Assembly: GCA_937902275.1 (NCBI GenBank)
Contig: CALFNW010000087.1
Span: 2,988 to 66,987 of the forward strand
Source of the DNA: an uncultured Clostridia bacterium
GTDB lineage: Bacteria > Bacillota > Clostridia > Oscillospirales > CAG-272
Reading direction: 5' to 3'
DNA: 64,000 bases
Under the pieces are notes generated by a model. It had not been told where the DNA came from and made no database searches. It worked only from the letters and a program-made list of their open reading frames with translations. Position 1 is the first letter of the stretch. Every line of letters starts with the position of its first letter. A program made the position numbers and the translations under genes. This document shows positions 16,727 to 27,007 of this stretch, piece by piece.

Positions 16727-17950
16727 TCAGAACGCCCAATTTCCGTTTCTGAATATCGCTACGGTCTCGCCGTCCTCGGTGATACCGTCAATGTCAAGAT
16801 CCTTGCTTCCGATCATGAAGTCCTCATGCACCATAGAATCGTTGATTCCCTTTTGACGGCATTCTTCAAGTGAATACTTTTCATAATCCTTCAGGCAGTT
16901 TGAGAAGCCTTCGCCGAGTGCCAGATGGCAGGCGGCATTTTCGTCAAACAGCGTATTGAGGAAAGTAATGCCTGAGTTCCTGATAGGAGAATCGTAAGGC
17001 ACAAGCGCACATTCTCCGAGGTAAGCCGCGCCTTCGTCCATTGAGATAAGCTTTTTGAGCAGTTCTTCATTCTTCTCGGCTTTGACTTCTACCGCTTTTC
17101 CCTTTTCAAATCTGATCGAAAAATTATCTATCAGCTCACCGCGGTAAGACAGCGGGCGTGTCGAATATACGATTCCCTCCGCTTCGCCGCGCTTCGGAGT
17201 AATAAATACCTCCTCACTCGGAATATTCGGATTGAACACTTCGCCCGAAAGCGTTTTTTCGCTTCCGCCCAAGAAGAGCGCGTCGTCAATAAGACCGACC
17301 TTAAGCTCGGTCCCGTTTGAGGAATGATATCTGAGTTCGCGCAGCTTTTTGGAATTGAGAAATTCACAGCGTGCGGAAAGGTCTGCATTATGCTCTCTCC
17401 ACTCGGCGATCGGATCGTCGGTTGCACGCGAGGTATAGAGGATCGCTTCCCAAAGTTTTTCGACGGCTTTTCCCACAGGTTCTTTCGGGAAGACTTTTTT
17501 TGCCCACTTTTTGCCGGGGACCGCCGCAATGCACCACTTATACTTGTTTTCCATTCTGTCGCGGTAGGGTTTGATCACCTTATACCGCGCCTGTGCGCCC
17601 TTTGCGTGCTTTTCCTGATTGATACCCGAAAGCCCGTCGGGGTCTTCGCTCATAATATATATCATTACAGGCAGCGTTTCAACGCGGTGTTCAAGCTTTT
17701 CACATTCCCACTTTTCAACATTTGAAAGCACCTTGAGGCTTCTGTGGCGGGTGTGGATGATCTCAAGCGGCTGATGGCTCCATTCAATTTCCACTTTTTT
17801 TGCACCGGCTTTATAACACTCGTCCGCAAGCATGGTTATAAACTCGGGTTGATCAAGTTCGGCGCGGATGATGACTTCATCGCCTTTAACGATTCCGGCA
17901 CCGCAAACCGCTATCAGATTTGCATATTTTCTGAGTACAGTCTTTTTCAT
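16727..17950 (-). CDS. M29-family aminopeptidase (AmpS/PepS-like)
   Basis: About 407 aa, starting MKKTVLRKYANLIAVCGAGIVKGDEVIIRAELDQPEF. The ORF-track start at 17962 overlaps the AAAGGA RBS, so the second ATG is preferred. Confidence 0.75.
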   Translation of the reverse strand: MKKTVLRKYANLIAVCGAGIVKGDEVIIRAELDQPEFITMLADECYKAGAKKVEIEWSHQPLEIIHTRHRSLKVLSNVEKWECEKLEHRVETLPVMIYIMSEDPDGLSGINQEKHAKGAQARYKVIKPYRDRMENKYKWCIAAVPGKKWAKKVFPKEPVGKAVEKLWEAILYTSRATDDPIAEWREHNADLSARCEFLNSKKLRELRYHSSNGTELKVGLIDDALFLGGSEKTLSGEVFNPNIPSEEVFITPKRGEAEGIVYSTRPLSYRGELIDNFSIRFEKGKAVEVKAEKNEELLKKLISMDEGAAYLGECALVPYDSPIRNSGITFLNTLFDENAACHLALGEGFSNCLKDYEKYSLEECRQKGINDSMVHEDFMIGSKDLDIDGITEDGETVAIFRNGNWAF

Positions 17951-18114
17951 TTCAAATATCATCCTTTCGGTTATCGGCTTTATGACAAAGTTTATGCAAA
18001 TATATAATAATATTGCCTGTTTCGCTCAGATTATATCACAATGCCGCGTTTACGTCAAGTATGAAAAAACAAACTCGAAAGGAGAACACGGTCCCGCACC
18101 GTGAAAGTGCAATA

Positions 18115-18546
18115 ATGACGATTTTTGTAAGCGCCTGTCTGCTCGGAGTCTGCTGCCGCTATGACGGGCAAAGCAAGCCGAACCGAAAAGTTATCGGAAT
18201 GCTCGGAAAACATACGCTGATACCGGTCTGCCCCGAGGTCTTCGGCGGCTTGAAAACGCCGCGTCTGCCCGCCGAAAGGATCGGTGCGCGGATAATCTGT
18301 AAAGACGGTACCGATGTGACCGAAAACTATGTCCGCGGTGCCGAAGAAGTATTGAAGCTCGCAAAGCTTTATAACTGCCGCCTTGCCATACTCAAGGAGA
18401 GATCTCCCTCCTGCGGAAACGGCAGCATTTACGACGGTTCGTTCGGCGGTGTGCTCACTGACGGCGACGGAGTGCTGGCGGCGCTTCTGAAGGCAACCGA
18501 TATTGAGGTCTTAGGCGAAAGCGACTTTCGAATAGATATGCTTTAA
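18115..18546 (+). CDS. DUF523-family protein (TudS-like Cys-rich)
   Basis: MTIFVSACLLGVCCRYDGQSKPN is typical of DUF523. The start is uncertain; the ORF is open from 18013. Confidence 0.6.
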   Translation: MTIFVSACLLGVCCRYDGQSKPNRKVIGMLGKHTLIPVCPEVFGGLKTPRLPAERIGARIICKDGTDVTENYVRGAEEVLKLAKLYNCRLAILKERSPSCGNGSIYDGSFGGVLTDGDGVLAALLKATDIEVLGESDFRIDML

Positions 18547-18599
18547 CTCTGATAAAACGACCGCATCGCTCTCGCAGGCTTTCTGACTGACGATTGCTG

Positions 18600-18632
18600 T
18601 TTGAGTCGGCTTCGCCGACATGAAAGCTCAAT
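18600..18632 (+). repeat. Hairpin-SD-ATG cassette, short form (at sbcD start)
   Basis: The sequence reads TTTGA, then GTCGGCttcGCCGAC (18605-18619), then ATGAAAGCTCAAT, then the ATG at 18633. Confidence 0.65.
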
Positions 18633-19772
18633 ATGAAAATTATACATACCTCCGACCTGCACATCGGAAAGCGCGTCAACGAATACTCCATGATCGAAGA
18701 CCAACGGTACATTCTCGAGCAGATCATTGCGCTTACGCGCGAGCATACCCCCGATGCATTTCTTATTTCCGGAGATATATACGACCGTCAGAATCCGAGT
18801 GCAGAGGCAGTATCTCTGTTCGGTGATTTTCTGACCGCCCTCTCGTCGGCATGCCCGAATATACTGATAATCAGCGGAAACCATGACAGCGAAGAACGTC
18901 TGGCTTTTGCCGGTGAGCTGTTTCACAAGAGCGGCATATATATTTCTCCGGTATTTGACGGGAAACTCAATACCGTCACGCTTTACGATGAATACGGCAA
19001 AATCAATTTCGTACTTGCTCCGTTTATAAAACCCGCTGTCGTCAGACACTTTTTCCCGAACGAAGAATTTACGGAATATAACGACGCGCTGAAATTTTTG
19101 CTTGACTCGGTGAATTATAATGACCGCACAGTTCTGCTGGCGCATCAGTTCGTTACGGGAGCCGCACGCTCCGACAGTGAAGAAGCCGCTTCGGTAGGAG
19201 GCGCCGAGGAAGTGAGCAGGGAATTATTTTCGCGCTTCGATTACACCGCCCTCGGACATATCCACCGTCCGCAGTCGCTCGGAAGAAACATCAGATATTC
19301 GGGATCACCGCTCAAATACTCCGCCTCAGAAGTAAATTTTCAAAAAAGTCTTACACTTGTTATGCTCAAACAAAAGGGCGAACTTGAAATAAATGAGCTG
19401 CCGCTTATACCTATGCGCGATATGCGCACAATTAAAGGAACGTATGCCGATATAATGGACGGCGCACACAAAGATGAGCATAAAAACGACTACGTTCATG
19501 CAGTGCTTACCGACACGGACGAGATTCCGAATGCGGCGGCGCGTCTCCGAAACGCATACCCAAATCTGATGACCTTACATTATGACAATATCAAAAACGC
19601 TTCCGACGCCGAAGTGTTTGCCGAAAGCGTCAAACCGAGCATGACCCCGCTTGAATACCTGTGCGAGCTGTATGAAAAACAAAACAACAGCGAGCTTAAG
19701 GGTGAAAAACTGAAGCTTGCCGAAAATATGATCGACGAAATATTTTATAACGGAGAGGAAGCGCGCAAATGA
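18633..19772 (+). CDS. sbcD: Exonuclease SbcD (Mre11-type nuclease)
   Basis: It starts MKIIHTSDLHIGK and has the phosphoesterase motifs GDIYD, GNHD and GHIH. Confidence 0.9.
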   Translation: MKIIHTSDLHIGKRVNEYSMIEDQRYILEQIIALTREHTPDAFLISGDIYDRQNPSAEAVSLFGDFLTALSSACPNILIISGNHDSEERLAFAGELFHKSGIYISPVFDGKLNTVTLYDEYGKINFVLAPFIKPAVVRHFFPNEEFTEYNDALKFLLDSVNYNDRTVLLAHQFVTGAARSDSEEAASVGGAEEVSRELFSRFDYTALGHIHRPQSLGRNIRYSGSPLKYSASEVNFQKSLTLVMLKQKGELEINELPLIPMRDMRTIKGTYADIMDGAHKDEHKNDYVHAVLTDTDEIPNAAARLRNAYPNLMTLHYDNIKNASDAEVFAESVKPSMTPLEYLCELYEKQNNSELKGEKLKLAENMIDEIFYNGEEARK

Positions 19773-22567
19773 GACCTATAAAACTCACGATCTGCGGTTT
19801 TTGCTCTTATGCGGACAAAGTTACGCTTGATTTTGAAAAACTCGGCAAAAACGGAGTTTTTCTCATATACGGAAGCACCGGAAGCGGTAAGACCACACTA
19901 TTTGACGCAATTGCCTTTGCACTGTACGGAGAGCCGAGCGGAAGTGTGCGTTCGCCGAAGCTCTTGCGCAGTAAGCTTGCTTCGCCCGAAGATCCAACTT
20001 ATGTATCGCTTGAATTTGCGCTCGGCAATAAAACTTACACGGTCACACGCAATCCCGAATATTTACGCCAAAGCAAACGCGGCAGCGGCATGACGGTCGA
20101 AAAACCGAACGCCGAACTTATACTGCCCAATGACAAACTTATATGCGGAAAAGACAACGTCACTTCAAAAATACGCGAGCTGATCGGGCTTGACCGCGAA
20201 CAGTTTTCGCAAATTGCCATGATCGCTCAAGGCGATTTCCGTGAAATGCTGCTTGCCGACACCGCGAAGCGCAGCGAGCTGTTGCGAAAGCTTTTCAAAA
20301 CCGACAACTATGAAAGGCTTCAAGAACAGATCAAGAACGCGGCAAGCGAAAAAAAGTCCGAATATGAAGCCGTCCTCGGTTCCCTGAGCCGCTATGCCGC
20401 AGGGATAGTTTTACCGGCCGATATCGGTTCTGAGGTCACGACGCTCATTAAATCGGCGCTTGACGGAAATCAGGTTGAACCGAGCGATCTTGCAGAAGCG
20501 CTTAATACCCTTTCGGAATATTATAAAGCAAGCCTTGGTTCCGCCGAAAAAGCGCTTTCCGAATGTGAAAGCCGATATGACCGCTCAAAACACGCGCTTG
20601 AGCAAGCCGACGAGCTTTCAAAAAGCTTTGCGGCTTACGAAAAAGCACTTGAAGAAAGCAAAGCCGCCGACTCTGCCGCAAACGCCGCGCATACACTGCT
20701 GACCTTACCCGATAATTCCCCCGAGCTGATCGACAACGCCAAAGCCGAACTTGCCGCGCTGATCGGTCATATAGCGGATTATTCGCGCCGCGATACCCTC
20801 AAAGCCGAAACCGCGGCGCTCAAAGCAGATATTTTATCGGCAAAGCGCGAGTATGACGAAGTAACCGCGAAGATCGAACAGGAGAAGCGCCTGCTTGAAT
20901 CAAACCAAAACCTGCCCGAAATACTCGCAGCACTTTCGGAATCGCTCGGAGAATCTCAGATCGCGCTTGAAAAACTCGAAATACGCAGGACTTCCGTAAC
21001 AAAGCTCATGACTCAGCTTGAACAAACCCTCCGAAGCGAGCGTGAATATAATATATCTCAAAATCTTTTTACCGAAAGGCTCAAAACCTATGAAGCCAAA
21101 AATCGCTTCCGCATTGAATGTGAGCGCATATTTATGAGCGCACGCGCGGGCATATTGGCTCAAAATCTTGAACAAGGTATGCCCTGCCCGGTATGCGGCT
21201 CGCGCGAACACCCCTCCCCGGCAGCCGTTCACAACACGCTTGAGCTTGACGGTATCAAACTGCAGGTTGACGAAGCAGCTTGCAAAACCGCCAAAGCCGA
21301 TGCCGAAGCTGCCCTGAATCTGATGCAGGAAGCAAGCGATGAAGCCCATTCAAAGCAGAGTGCCCACCAAAATGAAGAAAAGCATCTCCGCGACCTTTGG
21401 TTTGAGTATTTTGCTACCGAACCGAACCTCGGTAAATCCGCGTCAGACACACTTGCGGCTGAACACTCAAAGTTAGAGCTTGAGTTTAGCGCTGAGTCTG
21501 CAAATCAAAATACGCTTAAAGCCGAAATTGAAAGGCTCAGGACTCTGTCAGGAGAGATTTCCAAGGTCGAAACCAAGCTTCGCTCCGACACGGATTCTGC
21601 CGCCGCGCTTAAGGAACGACTTGCCAAGGCTGAAACACTGCTCAAATCCAAGATGCTTGAATCTGAATCGATAAAGCTTGAATATGCCGACCTCGACTCG
21701 GCAAACCGTGCGGTAAACGCACAAAAAAAGCGTATTGATACTCTGAGTGAAAATCGGGACCGGCTCGAAGCAAACGAGCGTTCCGCCGCGCTTGCAAGTT
21801 CTGCCGCAAACGCAAGACTTGCCGAGCTCAAAGCGCGCATTGCAGATAAATCCCGCCCCGATACAAATAAGCTCGCACTTGATACGAAAATGCTCGAAGC
21901 GCATCGGAACGAAGCAAGAGAGCTTCGCGACCGACTTGCCGCCGAAAACGCTAAAGCACACCTTGCCTGCAAGAATGCCGAAAACTCACTTGCAAAGATA
22001 CAGCTTGCGGAAACGGATTATATCAACGCCAAAAATCTGTCAGACACAGTAAACGGTATGCTCTCCGGCAAGATCAAATTGAAGCTTGAAGCCTTTGTGC
22101 AAGCAAGCTATCTTGACCGCGTACTTGCCGCGGCAAACGTCAGATTATTGAAAATGACCGGTGCAAGATATGAGCTTATCAGAATGAAGGACGCGTCGGA
22201 CAATTCCTCGCAAAGCGGACTTGAACTTAACGTGCATGACCACTATTCGGCCTGCGAGCGGAGCGTAAAGACCCTTTCGGGCGGCGAAACCTTTATGGCG
22301 TCTCTCTCGCTTGCGCTCGGAATGGCGGACATAGTCGAAAAGGAAGCCGCCGGGATCAGGATCGATTCGATGTTTATTGACGAGGGCTTCGGTTCGCTTG
22401 ACCGTGAAGCGCTCACAAGCGCACTGAACGTAATTTCCGAGCTTTGCGGCAGCACGCGTTCGGTCGGCATAATCTCACACGTAGATGAGTTGCGCGCACG
22501 TATCGACCGTAAGATACTTGTGAAACGTTCCCCGGACGGAGCCAGCAGCGCCGTCATTGAAGTATGA
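19769..22567 (+). CDS. sbcC: Exonuclease SbcC (Rad50-type ATPase)
   Basis: It has Walker A GSTGSGKTTLFDAIAFALYG, a long coiled coil with the zinc hook CPVCGS, and a C-terminal signature LSGGETFMASLSLAL...FIDEGFGSLD. It overlaps sbcD by 4 nt. Confidence 0.9.
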   Translation: MRPIKLTICGFCSYADKVTLDFEKLGKNGVFLIYGSTGSGKTTLFDAIAFALYGEPSGSVRSPKLLRSKLASPEDPTYVSLEFALGNKTYTVTRNPEYLRQSKRGSGMTVEKPNAELILPNDKLICGKDNVTSKIRELIGLDREQFSQIAMIAQGDFREMLLADTAKRSELLRKLFKTDNYERLQEQIKNAASEKKSEYEAVLGSLSRYAAGIVLPADIGSEVTTLIKSALDGNQVEPSDLAEALNTLSEYYKASLGSAEKALSECESRYDRSKHALEQADELSKSFAAYEKALEESKAADSAANAAHTLLTLPDNSPELIDNAKAELAALIGHIADYSRRDTLKAETAALKADILSAKREYDEVTAKIEQEKRLLESNQNLPEILAALSESLGESQIALEKLEIRRTSVTKLMTQLEQTLRSEREYNISQNLFTERLKTYEAKNRFRIECERIFMSARAGILAQNLEQGMPCPVCGSREHPSPAAVHNTLELDGIKLQVDEAACKTAKADAEAALNLMQEASDEAHSKQSAHQNEEKHLRDLWFEYFATEPNLGKSASDTLAAEHSKLELEFSAESANQNTLKAEIERLRTLSGEISKVETKLRSDTDSAAALKERLAKAETLLKSKMLESESIKLEYADLDSANRAVNAQKKRIDTLSENRDRLEANERSAALASSAANARLAELKARIADKSRPDTNKLALDTKMLEAHRNEARELRDRLAAENAKAHLACKNAENSLAKIQLAETDYINAKNLSDTVNGMLSGKIKLKLEAFVQASYLDRVLAAANVRLLKMTGARYELIRMKDASDNSSQSGLELNVHDHYSACERSVKTLSGGETFMASLSLALGMADIVEKEAAGIRIDSMFIDEGFGSLDREALTSALNVISELCGSTRSVGIISHVDELRARIDRKILVKRSPDGASSAVIEV

Positions 22568-22684
22568 TCTAATGCCGCCGCAGGCGGCGCAGAGAATAAA
22601 CGTAAAATTTCGCGTCGGCTGCGGCGCGGAAATCTGCGGCGTGAAAGTTGAGGTCTCGTTTAATAAGGACCTCGACTTTCACGC
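22568..22684 (-). repeat. Structured intergenic repeat, long form, orphan copy between convergent genes
   Basis: The reverse complement aligns with 7146-7267 (...CTTTCACGCCGCAGATTTCCGC...GCGAAATTTTACGTTTA...). It contains a 17-bp hairpin (22639-22655 / 22668-22684) and the GC hairpin GCCGCCgcaGGCGGC (22574-22588). No gene start follows it. Confidence 0.65.
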
Positions 22685-22693
22685 TGATTGCTT

Positions 22694-24229
22694 TCAATGT
22701 TTGGGCGAAGCGATCGACCTCACCCATTTTCCGTCATCGGAGGTAACTGCATGAGTAAGCCTCAAAAGCAGAAAATACACTGCAGCAGCTGACAGAATAT
22801 GTATCGTCAGCGCTTTATAGGAATAACCGACGGCATGAAGCGACTCAAGCACATATCTGACTATCGTACAGGCGCTCACCGCGCAGATCAGCGGCTTTAC
22901 CACCCATGTAAAAATATCCGGTTTTATCCCGGTAATATTTATCAGCCTGACGACACTGCAGGCGGTATTGAAAATTTCACTGACAAAGATCGTGATAATA
23001 TAACCGAGTATTCCGAGTTTCGGGCAAAGAAAATACACCATCGCGGTGCTTGAAGCCGCGTCTATTATATTTATTTTCATATTGTAAAGCTGCTCGTCGA
23101 GTCCTTTAAGTATTGAGTCAACCGCGCTGTCGAAATACATAATAGGCATGAGCGGAGCGATTATTTTGATATAGTCCGCCGCATCATGACTGTTGTATAT
23201 GACAAAACCGAGCTCATGCGAAAAACATATCATTATTGCAGTCGCTCCGAAAGCGAACAGCAAAGTAAAGCGCATGACTCTGCCTATCATATAATTGATA
23301 TGACGTTTTTCGCCCCGTGCGGCGGCAGCGGCAAATTCAGGTACAATAAGCAGATTGAACGAAGATAAGAATGCCGTGGGAAAGAGTACTATCGGTAGTA
23401 CCATTCCCTGTAATACGCCGTAGGCCGAGAGCGCCTGTTCATACGAAGCACCGAAACGGCGCAACCCGTGCGGAATCAGTATATGTTCAAGCGTCACAAG
23501 CCCCGTGCGGATATACGAGGAAAGCGCGACCGGGATCGCAATATGTGTGATCTTTGAAAAGAGCCCCCCGCACTTCCCGATCACCCCGAAATTCTTTCGG
23601 ACATCATAAAGGTACAGTATAAATGTCATAAAGAATGACGCAAGCTCGCCGACTGTGCCTCCAGCCACAACCGCCAAACAAGCCGATTCGATGCTGTCCG
23701 AACAAAAAGCAGTCAATACGGTCACGGTGAAGGCGATTTTTACAAACTGCTCGAAAAATTGGGTCACCGCACTCTTGATCACTCTTCTGAGAGCAGTAAA
23801 ATAGCCTTGCATTGCCGCCGTCATCGAAATAAAGGGCATACTCACGGCAAGCGCACGTAATGACGGCAAGGTACGCGCATCGCCGAGTATATTACCTGCA
23901 ATAAGCGGTGCAGATAAGCCGATTGCTGCGAATGCCGCCGTGCCGAATACTGCCGAATAGATCAAGCAGTTAAGCATTGTGCGTCTGACCGCGCCCCGCT
24001 CACCGCGCCCCACAGCCTCTGCCGTAAGTCTTATGGAAGCCAGCGAAATTCCCGAAACCGCAAAAGTGACCGCAAGCGAATAAACGCTCATCACAAGCGA
24101 CAAAAGTCCCATCCCCGCCGCGCCGAGCTTTGACGAAACATATACGTTGAACGACACGCCGACCGTGCGCAGCAAAAACGCTGTCAGACTGAGAAAAGCG
24201 CCGCCTCTCAGTATTTCCTTTGCCTTCAC
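22694..24229 (-). CDS. MOP-superfamily flippase (SpoVB/MurJ-like polysaccharide biosynthesis protein)
   Basis: About 511 aa and polytopic, with the N-terminus KAKEILRGGAFLSLTAFLLRTVGVSFNVYVSSKLGAAGMG. The GTG at 24229 is 9 nt after GGAGG; the ORF-track TTG at 24235 is only 3 nt after it. Confidence 0.7.
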   Translation of the reverse strand: MKAKEILRGGAFLSLTAFLLRTVGVSFNVYVSSKLGAAGMGLLSLVMSVYSLAVTFAVSGISLASIRLTAEAVGRGERGAVRRTMLNCLIYSAVFGTAAFAAIGLSAPLIAGNILGDARTLPSLRALAVSMPFISMTAAMQGYFTALRRVIKSAVTQFFEQFVKIAFTVTVLTAFCSDSIESACLAVVAGGTVGELASFFMTFILYLYDVRKNFGVIGKCGGLFSKITHIAIPVALSSYIRTGLVTLEHILIPHGLRRFGASYEQALSAYGVLQGMVLPIVLFPTAFLSSFNLLIVPEFAAAAARGEKRHINYMIGRVMRFTLLFAFGATAIMICFSHELGFVIYNSHDAADYIKIIAPLMPIMYFDSAVDSILKGLDEQLYNMKINIIDAASSTAMVYFLCPKLGILGYIITIFVSEIFNTACSVVRLINITGIKPDIFTWVVKPLICAVSACTIVRYVLESLHAVGYSYKALTIHILSAAAVYFLLLRLTHAVTSDDGKWVRSIASPKH

Positions 24230-24310
24230 GCCCAAATACCTCCGTAGAATATCTGTATTATATTATGAGAGGGCTGCAAATTAAATACCGCCGGGAGCGG
24301 TTGTAAAAAA

Positions 24311-24349
24311 GGGGTGTTAAAAAACTCAAACTGAGTTTTTTAACACCCC
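24311..24349 (-). terminator. Intrinsic terminator of the SLH-esterase gene
   Basis: An 18-bp perfect stem GGGGTGTTAAAAAACTCA/TGAGTTTTTTAACACCCC is followed by TTTTTT on the minus strand. It is related to the hairpins at 36892 and 48384. Confidence 0.75.
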
Positions 24350-24483
24350 TCGACATTGGCATCGGCGGCAAAAAGCCTAAAGCACGGAGCCAAAGCGGTA
24401 AAATGTCGCCTCACAAGCAGCGGATCCGGATCGGTATTTTTCGCTTACAGATCGATCCGACTTTATAAGACGGTAAAGCGGGA

Positions 24484-26805
24484 TCACTTAACTCCCGTCA
24501 CCATAAATGCACCGATCTTGCGCTGGTCGTTAGTGCCGCCCTTACCGGTCTCTCCCTTGTAAGAATATGTTATGGTATGCTTGCCGTTTTCAAGTCCGCT
24601 TACCAGCTTGAACGGATGGTTGGTATCGGTGATATACTTCTTGACAGGTTCGCCTCCGTCAATCGTATATTCAATATAGTATTTTCCTCCGGCAAACTCA
24701 AGATACATATCAAGTGCAGTACCCTCAAAGGTGTATGTGAACGAGTTTTCATCCTCAGTCGGAACAATGTAACCCTTGGACTTTGTGGAATACTGCATGA
24801 AATAGCTGTCTGAATTAAGCGTGAAGCCCTTTATCGAATCGAATATATCAAGATTGTCTATAACCACATATTTCGGATCGAAGTGTTCAACTCCGTCAAC
24901 CGCATAGCCATCGGGAAGCGAATGTGCATAGCTCTCACCGTAGGTAAGCGTAGGTTCGCCGAACAGGTATTCGCCGAGATATTCAATAATAGCGTCGGCG
25001 AAAGCCGCATAGCCCTTATCAAGCGGATGAACGCCGTCCTTGAAGTATTCGTTCCACGATGAGCCGACATCTTCATTCATCACAAGCTTGCAGGCACGTC
25101 CTACGTCTACCGATGATACACCGTAAAACTCGCATACCTTTTCCTGGTCTGCCGCAGTCTGATGGTAGGTATTCATAGAGATCTTGCCCTGATCGGTAAC
25201 GTAAACGGCAATAATTTCGGTCTTCGGAAGCGCTTCGCGTATCTGTCTGATCACCGATTCATAATAGAAACCGGTCTTGCCCTCATTTGCTGTACCGCTG
25301 TAGTAATCGTTGATCGCAAACTCCACAAATACCAGATCGGTATCTGTGTCAATGATATCCTGCTTGACTCTGAACGCACCGAGATGCGAGCCCGATCCGC
25401 CCATTGCCGCATTGTTCATAGTGATCTTTGCGTCGGGGAACTGCTTCCTGAACCAATTGTATGTAAGTCCTCTCCATGAAGTCTGATCCGCATTCGAGGC
25501 GCCGTAGCCTGCGGTCACAGAGCCGCCGAAGTACGAAATATTAAGCGATTTGTCCTTTTTAAGCTTGTTGTATACGTTGGTAAGGTCGCTTCTGACCTTG
25601 ATAAATTCCGAAAATTTCTGATTATCATTCATAGTTACATTCCCCATGACCGCATTTTTGACGAAGCGTTCGATCATCGTCGCGACCTCTGCGCGTGTGG
25701 CAAAGCCGTCAGGTCTGAGCGAAACGGTCCCGTCATTTCTTGAATAGCCGTTTATTATGCCTGTACCGGTGCAGAAAGCGATTGCCGAAAGCGATCTTTC
25801 ATCGGTGATATTTTCGGTATCGTTAAACTCAAGCGTTGTTGTTTCCGCAGATGCGACGATATTCATTTTCTCAGCGAAATTGTAGAGCATATTTATAAGT
25901 TCAAGGCGCGTGATCGAATCGTCCGGACGGAATTTTTCCGACGCTTCGACGATACCGTTTGAATATGCCCACGATACGCCGCTTGCAAACCAGGCGTTCG
26001 ACGCAACATCGGTATATGGGTATCCGACCGTCAAGTCAGCCAAGCCGCCGATACGCGACAGCACCGTTACCGCCATACCTCGGGTCATGCGACGGTCGGG
26101 TGAAAATTTATCGGCTTCGGTGCCGTTAAAAAAGCCGTTGCGCGAAACAAAGTTTACATAATCATGCGCCCAATGGTGGCGGCAGTCGGTAAAATCGGTC
26201 GCTTCAACCGAGTCAAGCTTTGCGCCGTAGTTGCCGTTTGACACCGAAAATCCCCATGAGCCGCTGCCGACATAGGAGTACGATCTATTTGAACCGTCAA
26301 GGAATTTTACTGTATTTCCGCCATTTGCGATATCACAGACAACGGTTATGTTGCCTTTAAGCTCACCCGCATCGCACTTTGAGTATGCATCAACGGTTTC
26401 GCCGCCCGACAAAGCAAACTCAAATGTTTTTTCGGTTTTTGAGGCAATCTCGGCAAGTACCGAGGGAGTGAATACCGCCTTTGCACCCGTGACGGTGATT
26501 TTCATTCCGAGCTTTTCGGACGCAAACAAATCAAGCGCCTCTTTTGTAAAAGCAAGCGAAAGTTCCGCATGGTTACTCTTGATTATAATATTCTCGGCGC
26601 CTGTTTCTTTTGCGAGTTTCGCAAGCTCCGCTGCCTTATTGCTGTCAAATTCGGAATCGATCTCAACAACGATCGAATTCATATATTCGCTGTACCTACC
26701 GTACTCGGAATCCGTCGTTTCCGCCGAAGCCGAATAACAGAAGGCGGATAAGCATACCGATAACGCAAGGATAAGCGTCAGCAGTCTGTTCATTTTTTTA
26801 TTCAC
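24484..26805 (-). CDS. Secreted, SLH-anchored SGNH/GDSL-type esterase
   Basis: The signal peptide is MNKKMNRLLTLILALSVCLSAFCYSASA. Three SLH repeats are present (FTDCRHHWAHDYVNFV..., YTDVASNAWFASGVSWA..., ...ATRAEVATMIERF). The SGNH blocks are YFGGSVTAG, GGSGS, EFAINDY and DGVHP. Confidence 0.8.
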   Translation of the reverse strand: MNKKMNRLLTLILALSVCLSAFCYSASAETTDSEYGRYSEYMNSIVVEIDSEFDSNKAAELAKLAKETGAENIIIKSNHAELSLAFTKEALDLFASEKLGMKITVTGAKAVFTPSVLAEIASKTEKTFEFALSGGETVDAYSKCDAGELKGNITVVCDIANGGNTVKFLDGSNRSYSYVGSGSWGFSVSNGNYGAKLDSVEATDFTDCRHHWAHDYVNFVSRNGFFNGTEADKFSPDRRMTRGMAVTVLSRIGGLADLTVGYPYTDVASNAWFASGVSWAYSNGIVEASEKFRPDDSITRLELINMLYNFAEKMNIVASAETTTLEFNDTENITDERSLSAIAFCTGTGIINGYSRNDGTVSLRPDGFATRAEVATMIERFVKNAVMGNVTMNDNQKFSEFIKVRSDLTNVYNKLKKDKSLNISYFGGSVTAGYGASNADQTSWRGLTYNWFRKQFPDAKITMNNAAMGGSGSHLGAFRVKQDIIDTDTDLVFVEFAINDYYSGTANEGKTGFYYESVIRQIREALPKTEIIAVYVTDQGKISMNTYHQTAADQEKVCEFYGVSSVDVGRACKLVMNEDVGSSWNEYFKDGVHPLDKGYAAFADAIIEYLGEYLFGEPTLTYGESYAHSLPDGYAVDGVEHFDPKYVVIDNLDIFDSIKGFTLNSDSYFMQYSTKSKGYIVPTEDENSFTYTFEGTALDMYLEFAGGKYYIEYTIDGGEPVKKYITDTNHPFKLVSGLENGKHTITYSYKGETGKGGTNDQRKIGAFMVTGVK

Positions 26806-26895
26806 TGTTTTTACCTACCTTTCAAACTTTATATACCGATTATACACCGATATCGGCAAAAAATCAAGATAAAGTCACAAATGACCCCATATCAA

Positions 26896-27007
26896 TTCTC
26901 TGAGACTGCACAGCCGACTCAAAAAGTGAACGCAAATTTTAGAGTCGGCTCTGCAAAATTCGGCGCAAAATCGGGTTCTTCATTCAGCGGAGACCGCGCT
27001 TTCATGC
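26896..27007 (-). repeat. Structured intergenic repeat, long form
   Basis: The reverse complement reads GCATGAAAGCGCGGTCTCCGCTGAATGA...TTTGCGTTCACTTTTTGAGTCGGC and aligns with 7146-7267 and 43369-43483. The terminal hairpin is degenerate. Confidence 0.6.

Noticed and set aside
22557-22754. ORFs 22557-22754 (+) and 26881-27153 (+) share a short peptide similarity (..RINVKFRVGCGAEICG.. vs ..QKVNANFRVGSAKFGA..), which could suggest a small conserved protein family.
   Set aside because: Both are translations of copies of the long intergenic repeat. The similarity is at DNA level and extends outside the ORFs. There is no RBS, and one ORF overlaps the end of sbcC.
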